A stretch of 45,373 nucleotides of DNA, from contig JAEOTR010000037.1 in NCBI GenBank assembly GCA_016839705.1, forward strand, positions 1 to 45,373, in the 5' to 3' direction. The DNA comes from Promethearchaeota archaeon (GTDB lineage Archaea > Asgardarchaeota > Lokiarchaeia > Sigyniarchaeales > SOKP01). Within the stretch, counting starts at the first letter, position 1, and each line of letters opens with the position of its first letter. This document shows, piece by piece, positions 1 through 9,780 of the stretch. The notes under the pieces were generated by a model. The model saw nothing but the letters and a program-made list of their open reading frames with translations, was not told where the DNA came from and made no database searches. Made by a program: the position numbers and the translations under genes.

Positions 1-207
1 AAAAAACCTTTTATCCAAAGAAATCAAGGTTGACCTTTTTATTTCGATTGGAAAATTATCGCCTTCAAGAAATTGGAAACAATTCATGATCAAATCGTTT
101 CGTAATCACTGAGTTTTTTAACTAACCTTTTTTTTTTATTTAAATATAAACAGCTGTAATAGTGAGAAACAGTTTTTATTATCACAATTCAGAGATGTTA
201 TGCAAAC

Positions 208-444
208 GTGTCCAAAGGATTTGATTTGAAGAAAATAATATCTAATTGGGAAAAAGAGGGAACTTTAGAACAGAAGAGACAGGCTTTGGAAAAAATACCT
301 AAAAAGTGTATTAAATGTAGGAGTGAAAATATCGAATATTGGGATGAAACCGATGAAGAAATTATATTTCAATGTAAAAACTGTAGCCAATATATAACAA
401 TTCCTTATAAGAAAGATAAATTAAGATTCTATTTCACATCTTAA
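208..444 (+). CDS. Small Zn-ribbon protein
   Basis: 78 aa ORF (GTG start) with CIKC...CKNC Cys pairs, co-oriented with the downstream operon. Confidence 0.65.
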   Translation: MSKGFDLKKIISNWEKEGTLEQKRQALEKIPKKCIKCRSENIEYWDETDEEIIFQCKNCSQYITIPYKKDKLRFYFTS

Positions 445-595
445 AAAATCTTCAAATTAATAAAATTTAAACCTATTCTGCAATATTTTGTTATTATTAA
501 TTTAATAGAATAATTTTAAGTTCTCATTTTCATATTCATCATAATAGATTTGAATTAGATTTAATTTCATATAATTACTCTTACAGGGTCCTAAA

Positions 596-1504
596 GTGAG
601 TGAAATCTTAAAGGTTAATGAAATCCTTGAGAAAATAAAGGAAGCTAACAAGGATTTCAGTTTTAGGGCTAAGTTGCAGGTTATTAGACAGACTAAGAAG
701 TATACTTCAGACAAAAGACCTTATTTTAGTATTACATTTAGAGATAAAACTGGTGAATTACCAAATTTCAATAAATGGACAAATAATGAGGAAGAGTATC
801 AAAAAGAGATGATAAAGTTTGAAGTTGGAAATGTTATAGAATTTAATGGCAGATATAAATCAAAGTTTGGGTCTATAGATGTTTCAGAATCTAAGAAATT
901 AAATAAATCTGAATTTAATTTAAATGACTTTTCCGAACCAATATCAGTTGATATATCTACCCTTGTAGGCAAAATTGAAGATACTATTCAAAACCTGGAG
1001 AATCCCAACTTAAAAAAAATATTAGAAGTAATTTTTTCAGAGAAAGATATAAAAAACAAATATATCGAATGTCCTTCTTCAATAATTCATCATCACAATT
1101 ACAAGTATGGGAATTTAGAACATACAGTTGGAATGATTAACATTTTTGATCAAATTGTAAGCTATTATAAGAGAAATACCTTGTTAGATGTAGATTTAAT
1201 TTACACGGGAATTATCTTGCATGATATTGGGAAAATATTTGAATTTGATTTAAATAATGATTTACCTATGAAAACTGTCGAGGGAAAATTATATGGACAT
1301 TTAATCTTGGGTGATCAGCATGTTTCAAAGGTGTTAAAAAGAATTGATGGCTTTCCGAAAGATCTAGAAAACAATATCCGGCATATGATTTTAAGTCATC
1401 ATGGTAAAATAGAATGGGACTCTGTTGTTGAACCTCAAATTGCCGAAGCAGAGATATTACATTTGTTAGATATGATTGATTCGAGGTTTAAATTGAATTA
1501 TTGA
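596..1504 (+). CDS. YhaM/Cbf1-like 3'-5' exonuclease (OB-fold + HD domain)
   Basis: N-terminal OB-like region (YFSITFRDKTGEL). HD-domain motifs HHNYKYGNLEHT, ILHDIGK, GHL, HMILSHHG, EAEILHLLDMID. Confidence 0.88.
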   Translation: MSEILKVNEILEKIKEANKDFSFRAKLQVIRQTKKYTSDKRPYFSITFRDKTGELPNFNKWTNNEEEYQKEMIKFEVGNVIEFNGRYKSKFGSIDVSESKKLNKSEFNLNDFSEPISVDISTLVGKIEDTIQNLENPNLKKILEVIFSEKDIKNKYIECPSSIIHHHNYKYGNLEHTVGMINIFDQIVSYYKRNTLLDVDLIYTGIILHDIGKIFEFDLNNDLPMKTVEGKLYGHLILGDQHVSKVLKRIDGFPKDLENNIRHMILSHHGKIEWDSVVEPQIAEAEILHLLDMIDSRFKLNY

Positions 1505-1682
1505 ATATTCTCTTTTATTATGACATATTTGAGTTTTTTAAATTTTTTTATTTAAAATAAGAGATCAATAAGCTATTAATAACAAACTAAATATTAGTCT
1601 GAAAACTGTTAAATCTGTTGAGTCTAAATCGTTTATTATTAAAAAAGATAACTAATGAAAAACAAGCATCCACTTTTCTAAT

Positions 1683-2813
1683 ATGAGTTCTCAAAAAAGA
1701 AGAAATCCTCTGAAGGAATGTGTAGAGTTTATAGAAGAGCGTAAATTAGGATATCATAAAGAAGACGAACCATATTCTAGCAGCCCCGAAGAAGAAACTT
1801 TTGAGATTGAAGAAGATAAAATATTTGAGATTCCTAAGTGTGATGATATAAAAGACATTGGTTTTGTAGATGGTGGGAACGGACCTTTACTGAGAAGTGC
1901 AGACTTTAACATAAGTTTAAACCGAGTTGCTGGAGTGTTATATTCCTCTAATGAATGGGCTGAACCAAAAATAACTCCGGTAAAAATAGAATTTTATAGT
2001 GCTACAGTATTGGATCTTCTTGAAAATGATAAATTAGCTTATATTACCCGATTTTTTCCAGTAGAACCAGAATTTTCAGAATATCTTCCTAAGAAAGAAC
2101 TGAAGTTTTCTATTGATGATCCTTCGATAAGAGAGCGGTTGTTCAGTTTACCCAAGATTGAAACTTTTGGGGGAATAGCAATGAGATTTGCAGAATGGAC
2201 ATATGCAAATAAATTTATCTCAAATGAATTAGATAAAGGCGGTATCTTTGTTAGAGATGGCTCTCTTCAAACGGGGTATACTGGAGAAACAGAAATTGCG
2301 GATGAATTATACAAAACTGCGATTAAAAAGGAAGTAGCGGTAACTGGTCTTTCAAAAAGTTGTAGATTAATAACAAAAACCGGTAATTCATTAAACTCTT
2401 TAATAATGCATATAGGAAACAATAAGTTCCCAGAGAGCAGTTGGTATTATCATCCTATCTATAGGATTACAAAAGCTCAGGAACAAGCAGATTTATATTT
2501 TGCTAAATTCCATAAAAATTCAGCTTATTCATTTAGATTTGACATTTTATTAGATCAGGCTAAAAAAATGACACAAGACCAGCGTGAACTCATAATTTCT
2601 AATATCGCGTATAATTCAAATGATCTTTCATATCCTGGATATCCATATGGATTAATAAAAGCAGATCAACTTGCAGCAGTTAGTCTTCGAGAACTGAAAC
2701 CTCAAAAAATACAATTGATTGCAGAATTTGATCAACAGGATTATAATGAGTATATTTTACCACGTCTACGCTCGGTAAATGCTCATGATTTATTAAATAT
2801 TATTAGAAGATAA
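1683..2813 (+). CDS. nurA: NurA 5'-3' nuclease
   Basis: FVDGG, RDGSL, GLSK and [10 protein letters not shown] motifs; directly upstream of herA-mre11-rad50. Confidence 0.88.
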   Translation: MSSQKRRNPLKECVEFIEERKLGYHKEDEPYSSSPEEETFEIEEDKIFEIPKCDDIKDIGFVDGGNGPLLRSADFNISLNRVAGVLYSSNEWAEPKITPVKIEFYSATVLDLLENDKLAYITRFFPVEPEFSEYLPKKELKFSIDDPSIRERLFSLPKIETFGGIAMRFAEWTYANKFISNELDKGGIFVRDGSLQTGYTGETEIADELYKTAIKKEVAVTGLSKSCRLITKTGNSLNSLIMHIGNNKFPESSWYYHPIYRITKAQEQADLYFAKFHKNSAYSFRFDILLDQAKKMTQDQRELIISNIAYNSNDLSYPGYPYGLIKADQLAAVSLRELKPQKIQLIAEFDQQDYNEYILPRLRSVNAHDLLNIIRR

Positions 2814-2832
2814 TTTTGGGAAGGTAAAAAAA

Positions 2833-4407
2833 ATGGCTGATTTAGGAAATAAAATTGGAAGTTTTGTAACTGGATCTTTAGTTAAATTAATATTAAGACA
2901 AAAATCTGACCAAGAATTTGAACTCGGACAGCTTTTTATCGCTGGTAAAGATAAGTATGAGTATAGTATTTATCAAATTAAGGATCTTCTTTATGGAAGT
3001 CAAATGCCTGAAGCTGCTCTTGAGCTGATGGCGGGGTATGGATTAGAACGAGAAAGATCTGATCTAAAAATTTATGAACCTGAATTACGGAATTATGTAT
3101 TAGCATTAGCAAGACCCTTAATATATGTCAAGAATAATAAATTATTTTTACCGAAGAAATTACCATCATTCTTCTCAGATACTTACGATATTGATGATAA
3201 TCATTTAGAGTTTTTTAAAGAAGAAGAAATAGATAATCCCTTAAATTTAGGTAGCATTCGTTCTGGTTCTAAAGTTTTAAAAACTGAGGTAAAATTGGAG
3301 GCTAAAGATGTTTTAAAGCACCACATTCTAATCCCTGCCACTACAGGTAGGGGAAAATCGAACCTCGTAAAAACTATTCTCTATAATTTAATGGATAATG
3401 ATAACTGTGGTAAATTAGTTTTCGATCCTCATAATGAGTATTATGGAACTATTTCTCAAAAAGGTTTAAAAGAGCACCCTGAAAGTTCAAAATATATCGA
3501 TTTTTATACTATTAGATCCATTCCTGGGAAGCTTGATCTAAGATTTAACGTAAATTTAATCGAACCTAAGCATGCAATGGGGAGTATTAATTTTAGCCAA
3601 CCACAGATAGAAGCTTTAATTGGTTTTTTTCGAATACATAGACAAAATTGGATTCAAGCCATTTTTAGTAATGATGAAAACACATACCAAAGACCCCAAG
3701 GGCTTAATCTTAATACTTTGGATGTAATTAGGAGAAGATTAGCAATACTTTTAAATTTTGGATTTGATTCTGAAAATAAAATAATCGAGAATGGAATCTA
3801 TACCATAAATGGATATGAATCAACAGTCAGCAATATTGTAAACTCATTAATAGAAGGGAGAACCGTTATTGTTGATACTTCTTTATTTGAGGGTGCTCGA
3901 GAAATATTTGTAGCAACTATTATTGTAGAGAATATTTTTAATGAGTATAAGAGGTTAAAATTTAAAGATCAATTAACAGATAAACCAGTCATTACAATTG
4001 TTTTGGAGGAAGCTCCAAGAGTCATAGGAAAAAAAGTATTAGAAACTCGAGATAATGTTTTCGGCAAAATTGCTCGAGAAGGTAGGAAATTTAACATTGG
4101 TTTAATAGGAATAACTCAATTACCAAGTTTAATAGATAGAGAAATATTAGCGAATATGAATACCAAAATCATCCTTGGAAATGAAATGGGACCCGAAAGA
4201 AGAACATTAATAGAGAGCTCTGCTCAAGATCTCTCAGATGATAGTCAGACAATTGCAAGTTTAGATATAGGTGAAGCTATTGTTACTTCAAATTTTACTA
4301 AATTTGCTATTCCAATTAAGATCCCTTTATTTGAGGATTTAATAAAAGGCAAATCAGTACAAATAAAATCTGATAAAAAGATTAAAAAACAATCTCCAGG
4401 ATTTTAA
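2833..4407 (+). CDS. herA: HerA helicase/translocase ATPase
   Basis: N-terminal HAS-barrel-like region, Walker [16 protein letters not shown], Walker B LEEAP, REGRKF, ITQLPS. Confidence 0.92.
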   Translation: MADLGNKIGSFVTGSLVKLILRQKSDQEFELGQLFIAGKDKYEYSIYQIKDLLYGSQMPEAALELMAGYGLERERSDLKIYEPELRNYVLALARPLIYVKNNKLFLPKKLPSFFSDTYDIDDNHLEFFKEEEIDNPLNLGSIRSGSKVLKTEVKLEAKDVLKHHILIPATTGRGKSNLVKTILYNLMDNDNCGKLVFDPHNEYYGTISQKGLKEHPESSKYIDFYTIRSIPGKLDLRFNVNLIEPKHAMGSINFSQPQIEALIGFFRIHRQNWIQAIFSNDENTYQRPQGLNLNTLDVIRRRLAILLNFGFDSENKIIENGIYTINGYESTVSNIVNSLIEGRTVIVDTSLFEGAREIFVATIIVENIFNEYKRLKFKDQLTDKPVITIVLEEAPRVIGKKVLETRDNVFGKIAREGRKFNIGLIGITQLPSLIDREILANMNTKIILGNEMGPERRTLIESSAQDLSDDSQTIASLDIGEAIVTSNFTKFAIPIKIPLFEDLIKGKSVQIKSDKKIKKQSPGF

Positions 4408-4434
4408 AATAACCAAAATAATAAGAACAATATA

Positions 4435-5733
4435 ATGAAAGTTAAGTTTGCTCATATTTCTGATGCGCATTTGGGAGCATGGAGAAATGAACGTATAAAT
4501 GAACTAGGGTATAAGGCATTTGAAGAAACCGTCAACATTATCATTAAGGAGGGTGTTGATTTTGTTATCATTAGTGGCGACCTATATGACGTGACTAATC
4601 CAAAAGTAGAAGTGATAGATTTAGCAACAAGAGAGCTGAAGAAATTAAAAGATCGGGAAATTCCCGTTTATGGGATATGCGGATCCCATGACTTTTCTCC
4701 ATCAAACAAATCTATGATTAGACCATTAATTACAGCGGGATTATTTATAAATGTTTCAGAAGGAAATTTGATGGAAAATGGGAAATTGAAGTTAGATTTT
4801 TACCAGGATCAAAAAACTCAAATTAAATTAACAGGTTTAAGAGCAAGAAAACGCAGTTTGGAAATTGAAGATTATAGAATATTGGATATAAAATCTCTTG
4901 AAAGTGAAATAGGACCAAAAATCTTCATTTTACATACCATGTTAAGCGAATTAAAACCAAAAGAGTATAAGGATATGGAATCTGCTCCCAAATCGTTATT
5001 ACCTCAAAATTTCGATTACTATGCTGGTGGGCATCTCCATAAAACTCTACCTGAAAAATTAAGGGTTAAAGAATTTTACTACGACATTGATAGGAAAAAT
5101 AACATAGTCTATTCTGGATGCATTTTCCCAACTGACTTTAGAGAGTTTGAAACAATTAAATCTGGGGGATTTTGTATTATCTCCGGAGAAATGAATGGAA
5201 ATCAGCTAGGTTTAAAGGTTAAATATATTCCAGTTAGGGTTATTGATGTGGAAAATATTTCACTTGATTGTACAAATAAATCAGTGACAGAAGTTCAAGA
5301 TTTACTAAAAGAAAGTCTTTCGAGCAAAAATTTTAAAGGCAAAATTGTAACCATTAGGCTCTTTGGGCCCATATCTTCAGGCAAGACATATGATATAAAA
5401 TCTAATGAAATAATTCAAAATTTAAAGGATTTGGGTGCTTTTGAAGTGTTAGTTAATAAAAATGCTCTTACAACAGTGGAGTACCAATCCATAAGTGTTT
5501 CTACAGGTTTTTCTAAGGAAGAAATAGAAACAACTTTAATTAAAGAACATGCGAGTAAGGTCAGAATTAGTGACTTTCCAACAGCTAAGATGGAAAAAAA
5601 AATTTATCAACTCTTAGGTGCTCTTGGTACAGAAAGGCAGATTGGTACGAAAGTAATGAATTATAATGAATCTCTAAAGCAAGCATTTTTGGGGATATTT
5701 GAAATTCAAAAGTCTAAGGAGCCTAAACAATGA
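4435..5733 (+). CDS. mre11: Mre11 nuclease
   Basis: Metallophosphoesterase motifs SDAHLG, GDLYD, GSHD, LHT, GGHLH; ATGA overlap with rad50. Confidence 0.93.
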   Translation: MKVKFAHISDAHLGAWRNERINELGYKAFEETVNIIIKEGVDFVIISGDLYDVTNPKVEVIDLATRELKKLKDREIPVYGICGSHDFSPSNKSMIRPLITAGLFINVSEGNLMENGKLKLDFYQDQKTQIKLTGLRARKRSLEIEDYRILDIKSLESEIGPKIFILHTMLSELKPKEYKDMESAPKSLLPQNFDYYAGGHLHKTLPEKLRVKEFYYDIDRKNNIVYSGCIFPTDFREFETIKSGGFCIISGEMNGNQLGLKVKYIPVRVIDVENISLDCTNKSVTEVQDLLKESLSSKNFKGKIVTIRLFGPISSGKTYDIKSNEIIQNLKDLGAFEVLVNKNALTTVEYQSISVSTGFSKEEIETTLIKEHASKVRISDFPTAKMEKKIYQLLGALGTERQIGTKVMNYNESLKQAFLGIFEIQKSKEPKQ

Positions 5734-7817
5734 TTTTGCAGTCAATCGAAATATCAAACATTAGGAGCATTAGAAGCGAAAAGATAGAATTTCCTTCATC
5801 AACTATGTTATTTTTTGGGGATGTAGGAAGTGGAAAGTCATCTGTTTTAAAATCCATAGAGTTTGCCTTATTCGGGACTCTTGTTCATGGGGAGTTAAGT
5901 GGGGATTCGCTTTTAAGAAGAGGAAGAAGCAAAGCTTCTGTCAGCTTAACATTTTCAATTGATGGTAAAAGCTATTCAATTAAACGAAATTTATCAAAAG
6001 ATAGAAAAGGAAAAGTCTCTCAGAAAGAGTGTGTCTTTATTGACCATGACGAAGGAAAACAAATATCTTATGCTCCTACAGACATGAGAAGAAAAATCTT
6101 ATCTTTACTCTCATATTCCACTTCTCGTTATGAAAAAGCAACTAAACTCCCTCTTTTCAGATATACGGTATATACTCCTCAAGAACAAGTAAAAGAAATT
6201 ATTCAAGCAGATCCAGAAGAGCGTTTTGAGATACTAAAGGAAGTGTTTGATATCGAAAAATATGAAATTACCCTTAAGAATCTAGAAATTATTAAAGATT
6301 TCTTAAATGATAAAATCAAGGAATTTCAAATTAAAATTCAACAAATTGGTCTACCAGAAGAAGGAATAATCCAAAAGGAAAAAGAAATAGAAGAAGTAAA
6401 TAAAATAATTAAAAATCTTGAAATAGAAAATAAAAAAAAAGAAACAGAACTAAAGTCCAAAGAAAAAATTGTAGAAAGAATACAACTGGATTTGGATAGT
6501 TATTCAAAAAAAATAGTACAAATCGAAAATAAGGAGTCCAGCAGTAAGGAATACAAAGAAAAACAGAAGAAAACTAGCTTAACATTGACTAGTATTCAAA
6601 AAGAAATTTCTGATAAAGATAATGAGTTTCAAAATTTGAAAATAATTGAGCTCAAGACAAAACTTAGTGAAGATGAATTAGAAAAACAAATTGACAATCT
6701 ACAAGATTTAAAGTCTCAAGGAGAAAAAGAATTAGCGATTATTACAAAAAATGTGTCGGATGTCGATAGCTTATTAAAAGAAGGTAAGTGTTCTTTATGT
6801 GGACAAGCTATTCATGAAAAAGATAGATTTGAACAAGAATTGAAAGCAGCTTCGTTAAAAGTAAAAAATATATCTACAGAAATAAAATCTTTAACTCAGA
6901 AGGTAAATGGACAGAGGAAATTACTCAAAAACTTACGTGAATTTCAGAAATATGAAAACAAAAGAGATTCGTTTTTGAATTTAATCTCAGAAAAAAAGAA
7001 AAGAGAAGCAGATCTAACGAACTATATAAATGAGTTAGCTACTAAACTGAAAGAGAATGAAAATGATATATTTGTTATTTTATCAGAATATAAAATTACT
7101 GACTTACTGGAGTTTAAAGAATTAGGGAAAGAAATAAAGGTTAAACTAACAACTGAAAAAAATTTATTAAAAAAACTTAAATTCAACAAGGAATCAACTG
7201 GGAATGAGCTAGTAAGTCAAAAAAAGAGTCTTGAATTTTTACAGAAGGATTTGGTAGATTTAAAAGCTAATATAGAATTAAAAAAAAACTTACAATATAA
7301 TCTAACCTACTACTCTCAACTGAAAGGTTGGCTTAGTGATGAATTTCCTATTCTTATAAGAGATATTGAAAAGAAAATTCTCGGTTCAAGTGCTCACCAT
7401 TTTAATTCCTATTTTAAAGAATGGTTTCATGAATTAATTGAAGATAAAAATATAGAAGTCGAGATAAGACCTGATGATTTTCAACCCGTAATTTTTGTAA
7501 ACGGGTATGAATCACCATTTAAAGATTTATCTGGTGGGGAAAAAAGCGCTCTTTCTTTATCTTACAGACTAGCTTTAAATAAAATCATTAATGAGCAATA
7601 TCAAGAGGTAAAAACAAAAGATCTTCTAATTTTAGACGAACCAACTGATGGTTTTAGCCAACAACAAATTAATCGTATGCAACCAATATTTGAAAAATTA
7701 AACACTTCTCAAATGATAATAATCTCTCACGAAAGGAATCTTGATTCTTTTGTAACTGATATTTTCCATTTTGAAAAAGAAAATCATGTAACGAGGGTTA
7801 CAAAAGAAAGATCTTGA
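5730..7817 (+). CDS. rad50: Rad50 SMC-like ATPase
   Basis: Walker A GDVGSGKS, coiled coil with central zinc hook CSLC (residue ~354 of 695), signature LSGGE, Walker B LILDEPT, ISH. Confidence 0.93.
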   Translation: MILQSIEISNIRSIRSEKIEFPSSTMLFFGDVGSGKSSVLKSIEFALFGTLVHGELSGDSLLRRGRSKASVSLTFSIDGKSYSIKRNLSKDRKGKVSQKECVFIDHDEGKQISYAPTDMRRKILSLLSYSTSRYEKATKLPLFRYTVYTPQEQVKEIIQADPEERFEILKEVFDIEKYEITLKNLEIIKDFLNDKIKEFQIKIQQIGLPEEGIIQKEKEIEEVNKIIKNLEIENKKKETELKSKEKIVERIQLDLDSYSKKIVQIENKESSSKEYKEKQKKTSLTLTSIQKEISDKDNEFQNLKIIELKTKLSEDELEKQIDNLQDLKSQGEKELAIITKNVSDVDSLLKEGKCSLCGQAIHEKDRFEQELKAASLKVKNISTEIKSLTQKVNGQRKLLKNLREFQKYENKRDSFLNLISEKKKREADLTNYINELATKLKENENDIFVILSEYKITDLLEFKELGKEIKVKLTTEKNLLKKLKFNKESTGNELVSQKKSLEFLQKDLVDLKANIELKKNLQYNLTYYSQLKGWLSDEFPILIRDIEKKILGSSAHHFNSYFKEWFHELIEDKNIEVEIRPDDFQPVIFVNGYESPFKDLSGGEKSALSLSYRLALNKIINEQYQEVKTKDLLILDEPTDGFSQQQINRMQPIFEKLNTSQMIIISHERNLDSFVTDIFHFEKENHVTRVTKERS

Positions 7818-7950
7818 AATTATCATTATAATTGCTTCATCTTTGAGTCTTCTCCTATCAAAAGAGTTTTTTTCTTTTAAATATAAAGAGCAAAAGTATG
7901 ATTTAATTATGAAAATAACTAACCTAAAAAAAGTGGTGTTTTGACTTAAA

Positions 7951-8151
7951 ATGAGTGTAAAATCGAATAGAAGAAATAATAACAAAAAGCCGATTGATTT
8001 ACTAAATTTAAACTTCAAATATTTTAAAATTTATATTCAATGTCCAAACTGTGGGGATCTGTTAAAAGTAAACATTGATCGGAAATATTACTGTAAATAT
8101 TGTGATTATACATATTCAGAGAATGAAATTCGAGAAAAATGTGGTTTGTAG
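7951..8151 (+). CDS. Small Zn-ribbon protein
   Basis: 66 aa, CPNC...CKYC. Confidence 0.55.
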   Translation: MSVKSNRRNNNKKPIDLLNLNFKYFKIYIQCPNCGDLLKVNIDRKYYCKYCDYTYSENEIREKCGL

Positions 8152-8179
8152 TTCATAAGGTTTAAAAAAAAACTTTAAA

Positions 8180-8728
8180 TCAAAGATTAGAAAGGTAACC
8201 GCGTTGAAATATCTCATACAGAATCATCGCTTCATGGGTAGCATCATCCGCTGCTCTGTGTTTTTCAATGTAATCTGTTGCTGGAAAGAAGTATTCAAAG
8301 CTTTCTTGGCAGTTTGGCCACTTATACTTCTTATTCCCTCTCAAAAAAGGAATCCTAAGTATATTTGTGGCAGTTTTCATTATACAAGGTAATTCATTTG
8401 GTACATCAATACCTCGGGATTTCAAAAAACCTAAGTCAAAAGATTTATTATATGCAGTTACACTGCACCTTTTAAATATTGCTTGAATTTCCGGTAATAC
8501 TTCATCTAATAAAGGAGCATTCATCACTTCATCAAAATTAAGATCTGAATTTTCAAAAATCCAAGAATATTTATGTTCCTCTCCAAACATCGGTTCTCTG
8601 ACAACAGAATTAAATAAAACTTTGGTTTCACCCGTCATTAAATCTAACTCGACAATCCCAATTTCTAGAATAAGATCATAATGTGGATCTAAACCCGTTG
8701 TTTCACAATCGACAACAATTACATTCAA
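8180..8728 (-). CDS. DEDDh 3'-5' exonuclease (DnaQ-like)
   Basis: ExoI DCETTG, ExoII AYNKSFD, ExoIII HRAADD. Confidence 0.9.
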   Translation of the reverse strand: MNVIVVDCETTGLDPHYDLILEIGIVELDLMTGETKVLFNSVVREPMFGEEHKYSWIFENSDLNFDEVMNAPLLDEVLPEIQAIFKRCSVTAYNKSFDLGFLKSRGIDVPNELPCIMKTATNILRIPFLRGNKKYKWPNCQESFEYFFPATDYIEKHRAADDATHEAMILYEIFQRGYLSNL

Positions 8729-8797
8729 ATATCGTTCACTTTTATCTCAAATCTGTAATAAATAGCTAAAGCTTTACCAGGTAAATAAAATATTATA

Positions 8798-8820
8798 TTA
8801 ATCTCTAATTAGAGAATTAA
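8798..8820. promoter_or_regulatory. Palindromic putative operator
   Basis: Perfect 14-bp palindrome TCTCTAATTAGAGA (8802-8815) flanked by TTAA on both sides, about 75 bp upstream of the exonuclease start. Confidence 0.3.
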
Positions 8821-9121
8821 TTTCTTCTCTAAAGTAATTTTGAAAATATTATTTATACTATTCTAGACTGGTTTAATTTACTAATGGACTTCATTGAAAA
8901 TTTTGCTAAAGAAGGTAATAATACCTTTTAAGTTTTCGAAGAGTCTAAGATCTGTTCTTTGTGAGTAATCCTCTTTAAACCTTAGATTTAATAAAGCTCA
9001 AAATGATTGAATTAACTATAATCTAAAAGTAATCTAAGAGTCCACTTCGAGTTCACAATACTAAACTATATATTAAACCTTGTTATATATTTATTTAGCA
9101 AACAAAAAAGTGATAAAAAAA

Positions 9122-9337
9122 ATGACCCAAACTTATGAAACAATATTGGAAATAACAAGCCAAGAAATTAAGGAACCTGAAATTCAAATTCTTATAGAAA
9201 GTGAAACCGACGAATTACTTGGAGATTTAAATCCAAGATATTTTGAGGAGATATATTCTCTTGAGGAAGCGAAAAATAGAGCTGAAGCATCAAGAATAAC
9301 TCCAGGTTTTAATAACAGTTTCTTTGGCGGTTTTTAG
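9122..9337 (+). CDS. Small acidic hypothetical protein (71 aa from ATG 9122)
   Basis: Glu-rich ORF ending ...NNSFFGGF, followed by T-rich tracts; ATG 9122 is preferred over TTG 9080. Confidence 0.6.
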   Translation: MTQTYETILEITSQEIKEPEIQILIESETDELLGDLNPRYFEEIYSLEEAKNRAEASRITPGFNNSFFGGF

Positions 9338-9780
9338 AAATAATAAAAAAGTTTTTTTAATTCTTATTTTATAAATTTTATAATCGAATTCATATTTCTC
9401 ATATATTTAACTACCCAGATTTTTTTTTTGATGGTTTTTCGGTTTTGATTAATTCATCAGTTTTTATATTCTATCAAAAATCTTTATTTTTCACTAATTG
9501 AAGAAATTATATAATAAATTATACTTCTATTCTTCATTGAATCCAATTTATGAATTAAAATGCAAAGTATCATATCTTATATAACTCGTTAAAATTTTTA
9601 AAAATTAAAAAGTTCCAATTAAAAGACCAAATTAAAAAAGAGATTAAACTTGAATTAAGTTGGGTAAAAAACGAGAACGACTCGAGTCCTGGATTTAGGC
9701 CAGTAATGTCTATTGAAGAATTTTTATAATAAATTAGATTTTAATACAAAATTATCCAATTCAAGACTTTTAATCATTCA

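Noticed and set aside
1-112. Possible partial CDS at the window start
   Set aside because: Open frames exist on both strands; too short to decide
502-714. 70-aa minus-strand ORF
   Set aside because: Antisense shadow overlapping the YhaM-like gene; no motifs
1683-7817. HerA-based anti-phage defence system
   Set aside because: The partners are NurA, Mre11 and Rad50, which make up the housekeeping resection machinery, not Sir2 or other defence effectors
7698-8018. 106-aa minus-strand hydrophobic ORF
   Set aside because: Overlaps rad50 and the Zn-ribbon gene in antisense; hydrophobicity reflects A-rich sense-strand codons
9559-9729. Start-less open frame ending ...PGFRPVMSIEEFL
   Set aside because: No usable start codon and no recognisable family; could be a remnant but cannot be supported
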